A DNA stretch of 64,000 nucleotides from Eledone cirrhosa (taxonomy: Eukaryota): contig OZ024742.1 in NCBI GenBank assembly GCA_964016885.1, positions 347,262,001 to 347,326,000 of the forward strand, given 5' to 3'. Below the pieces are notes generated by a model that saw only the letters and a list, made by a program, of their open reading frames with translations, did no database searches and was not told the origin of the DNA. Below are positions 63,286 to 64,000 of the stretch, piece after piece; position 1 is the stretch's first letter; each line of letters opens with the position of its first letter. A program made the position numbers and the translations under genes.

Positions 63286-63616
63286 CACATGGCTTAGTGG
63301 TTAGAGCATTGGCCTTGCAATCGAAAGGTTGTGAGTTCAAATCTCAGACCGGGTGATGTGTTGTTTCCTTCAGCAAGACACTTTATTTCACATTGCTCCA
63401 GTTTACTCACCTGTAGAAATGGGTTGATAGGGACTAGGGTCTATATCATTCCACTGCAAAGTGGTCGTGTAGGTGCCACGGCAAAAAAGCACCCAGCACT
63501 CACTGTAAATGAGGTTGGTGTTAGGAAGGGCATCCAGCTGTAGAAATCAAGCCAGAATCAGTTCCCGTCCCACCCTTGCAAGCAGGGAAAAAGCGGACAT
63601 GAAATGATGATGATGA
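63286..63616 (+). mobile_element. SINE family A
   Basis: Matches 9625-9960. Confidence 0.88.
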
Positions 63617-64000
63617 TATCATCATCTTCGTTTAACGTCCATCTTCCATGCTAGCATGGGTTAGACATATATATATATATATATATATATACAAGAGGCT
63701 TCTGTAATTTTTGTCTACCAAGTTCCACTCCCAAGGTGTTGGTCAACTCAAGGCTATAGTAGATATATATATATATAGAGAGAGAGAGAGATATGAAATA
63801 GAAGCTTATGCTGTATTTTGACTAAATAAATTAGCTTGATAGTGGGGATTTTTTAAAACCCTCTGAATGGAAAAGGATGAGTATTGATGTACATGGGATA
63901 AAGATGTAGGTTCTATTCCTGATTCATTTCAAACTTCACTCGCTGTCTTCAAAATAAACTTGCTTTTTCATATATATATATATATGAAATAAAATAATTA

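Overview
Eukaryotic, AT-rich, repeat-dense DNA. The repeat content and a mollusc-type 5S copy suggest an octopus-like cephalopod (inference). There is one convincing host gene, an intronless WDR27-like WD40 ORF (50932-53760, +). The rest is mostly mobile DNA: several RTE-clade LINE families, a Tx1/L1-like LINE, R4/Dong-like and CRE-like RLE retrotransposon fragments, Penelope-like elements (PLEs), a DD37D (maT) Tc1/mariner, piggyBac-like MITEs, Helitron-like elements, a solo LTR, two abundant tRNA-headed SINE families, a 48-bp minisatellite and a ~6-kb 59-bp satellite. The most interesting signal is non-coding. A tandem array of ~470-520-bp units (23068-24657) carries a complete type I hammerhead ribozyme in each unit, has a PLE-style inverted 5' segment and sits in (TA)n, making it a candidate PLE-mobilised retrozyme/circRNA element. 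About ten further hammerhead-like motifs occur in short, often fold-back, PLE-terminus elements, some with core variants. Also notable are a satellite born from a retroposon 3' module with ~2.5-2.8-kb higher-order structure, and a near-identical ~0.6-kb inverted duplication 40 kb apart whose empty site defines the solo LTR. All calls were made by eye, without database searches or folding software.
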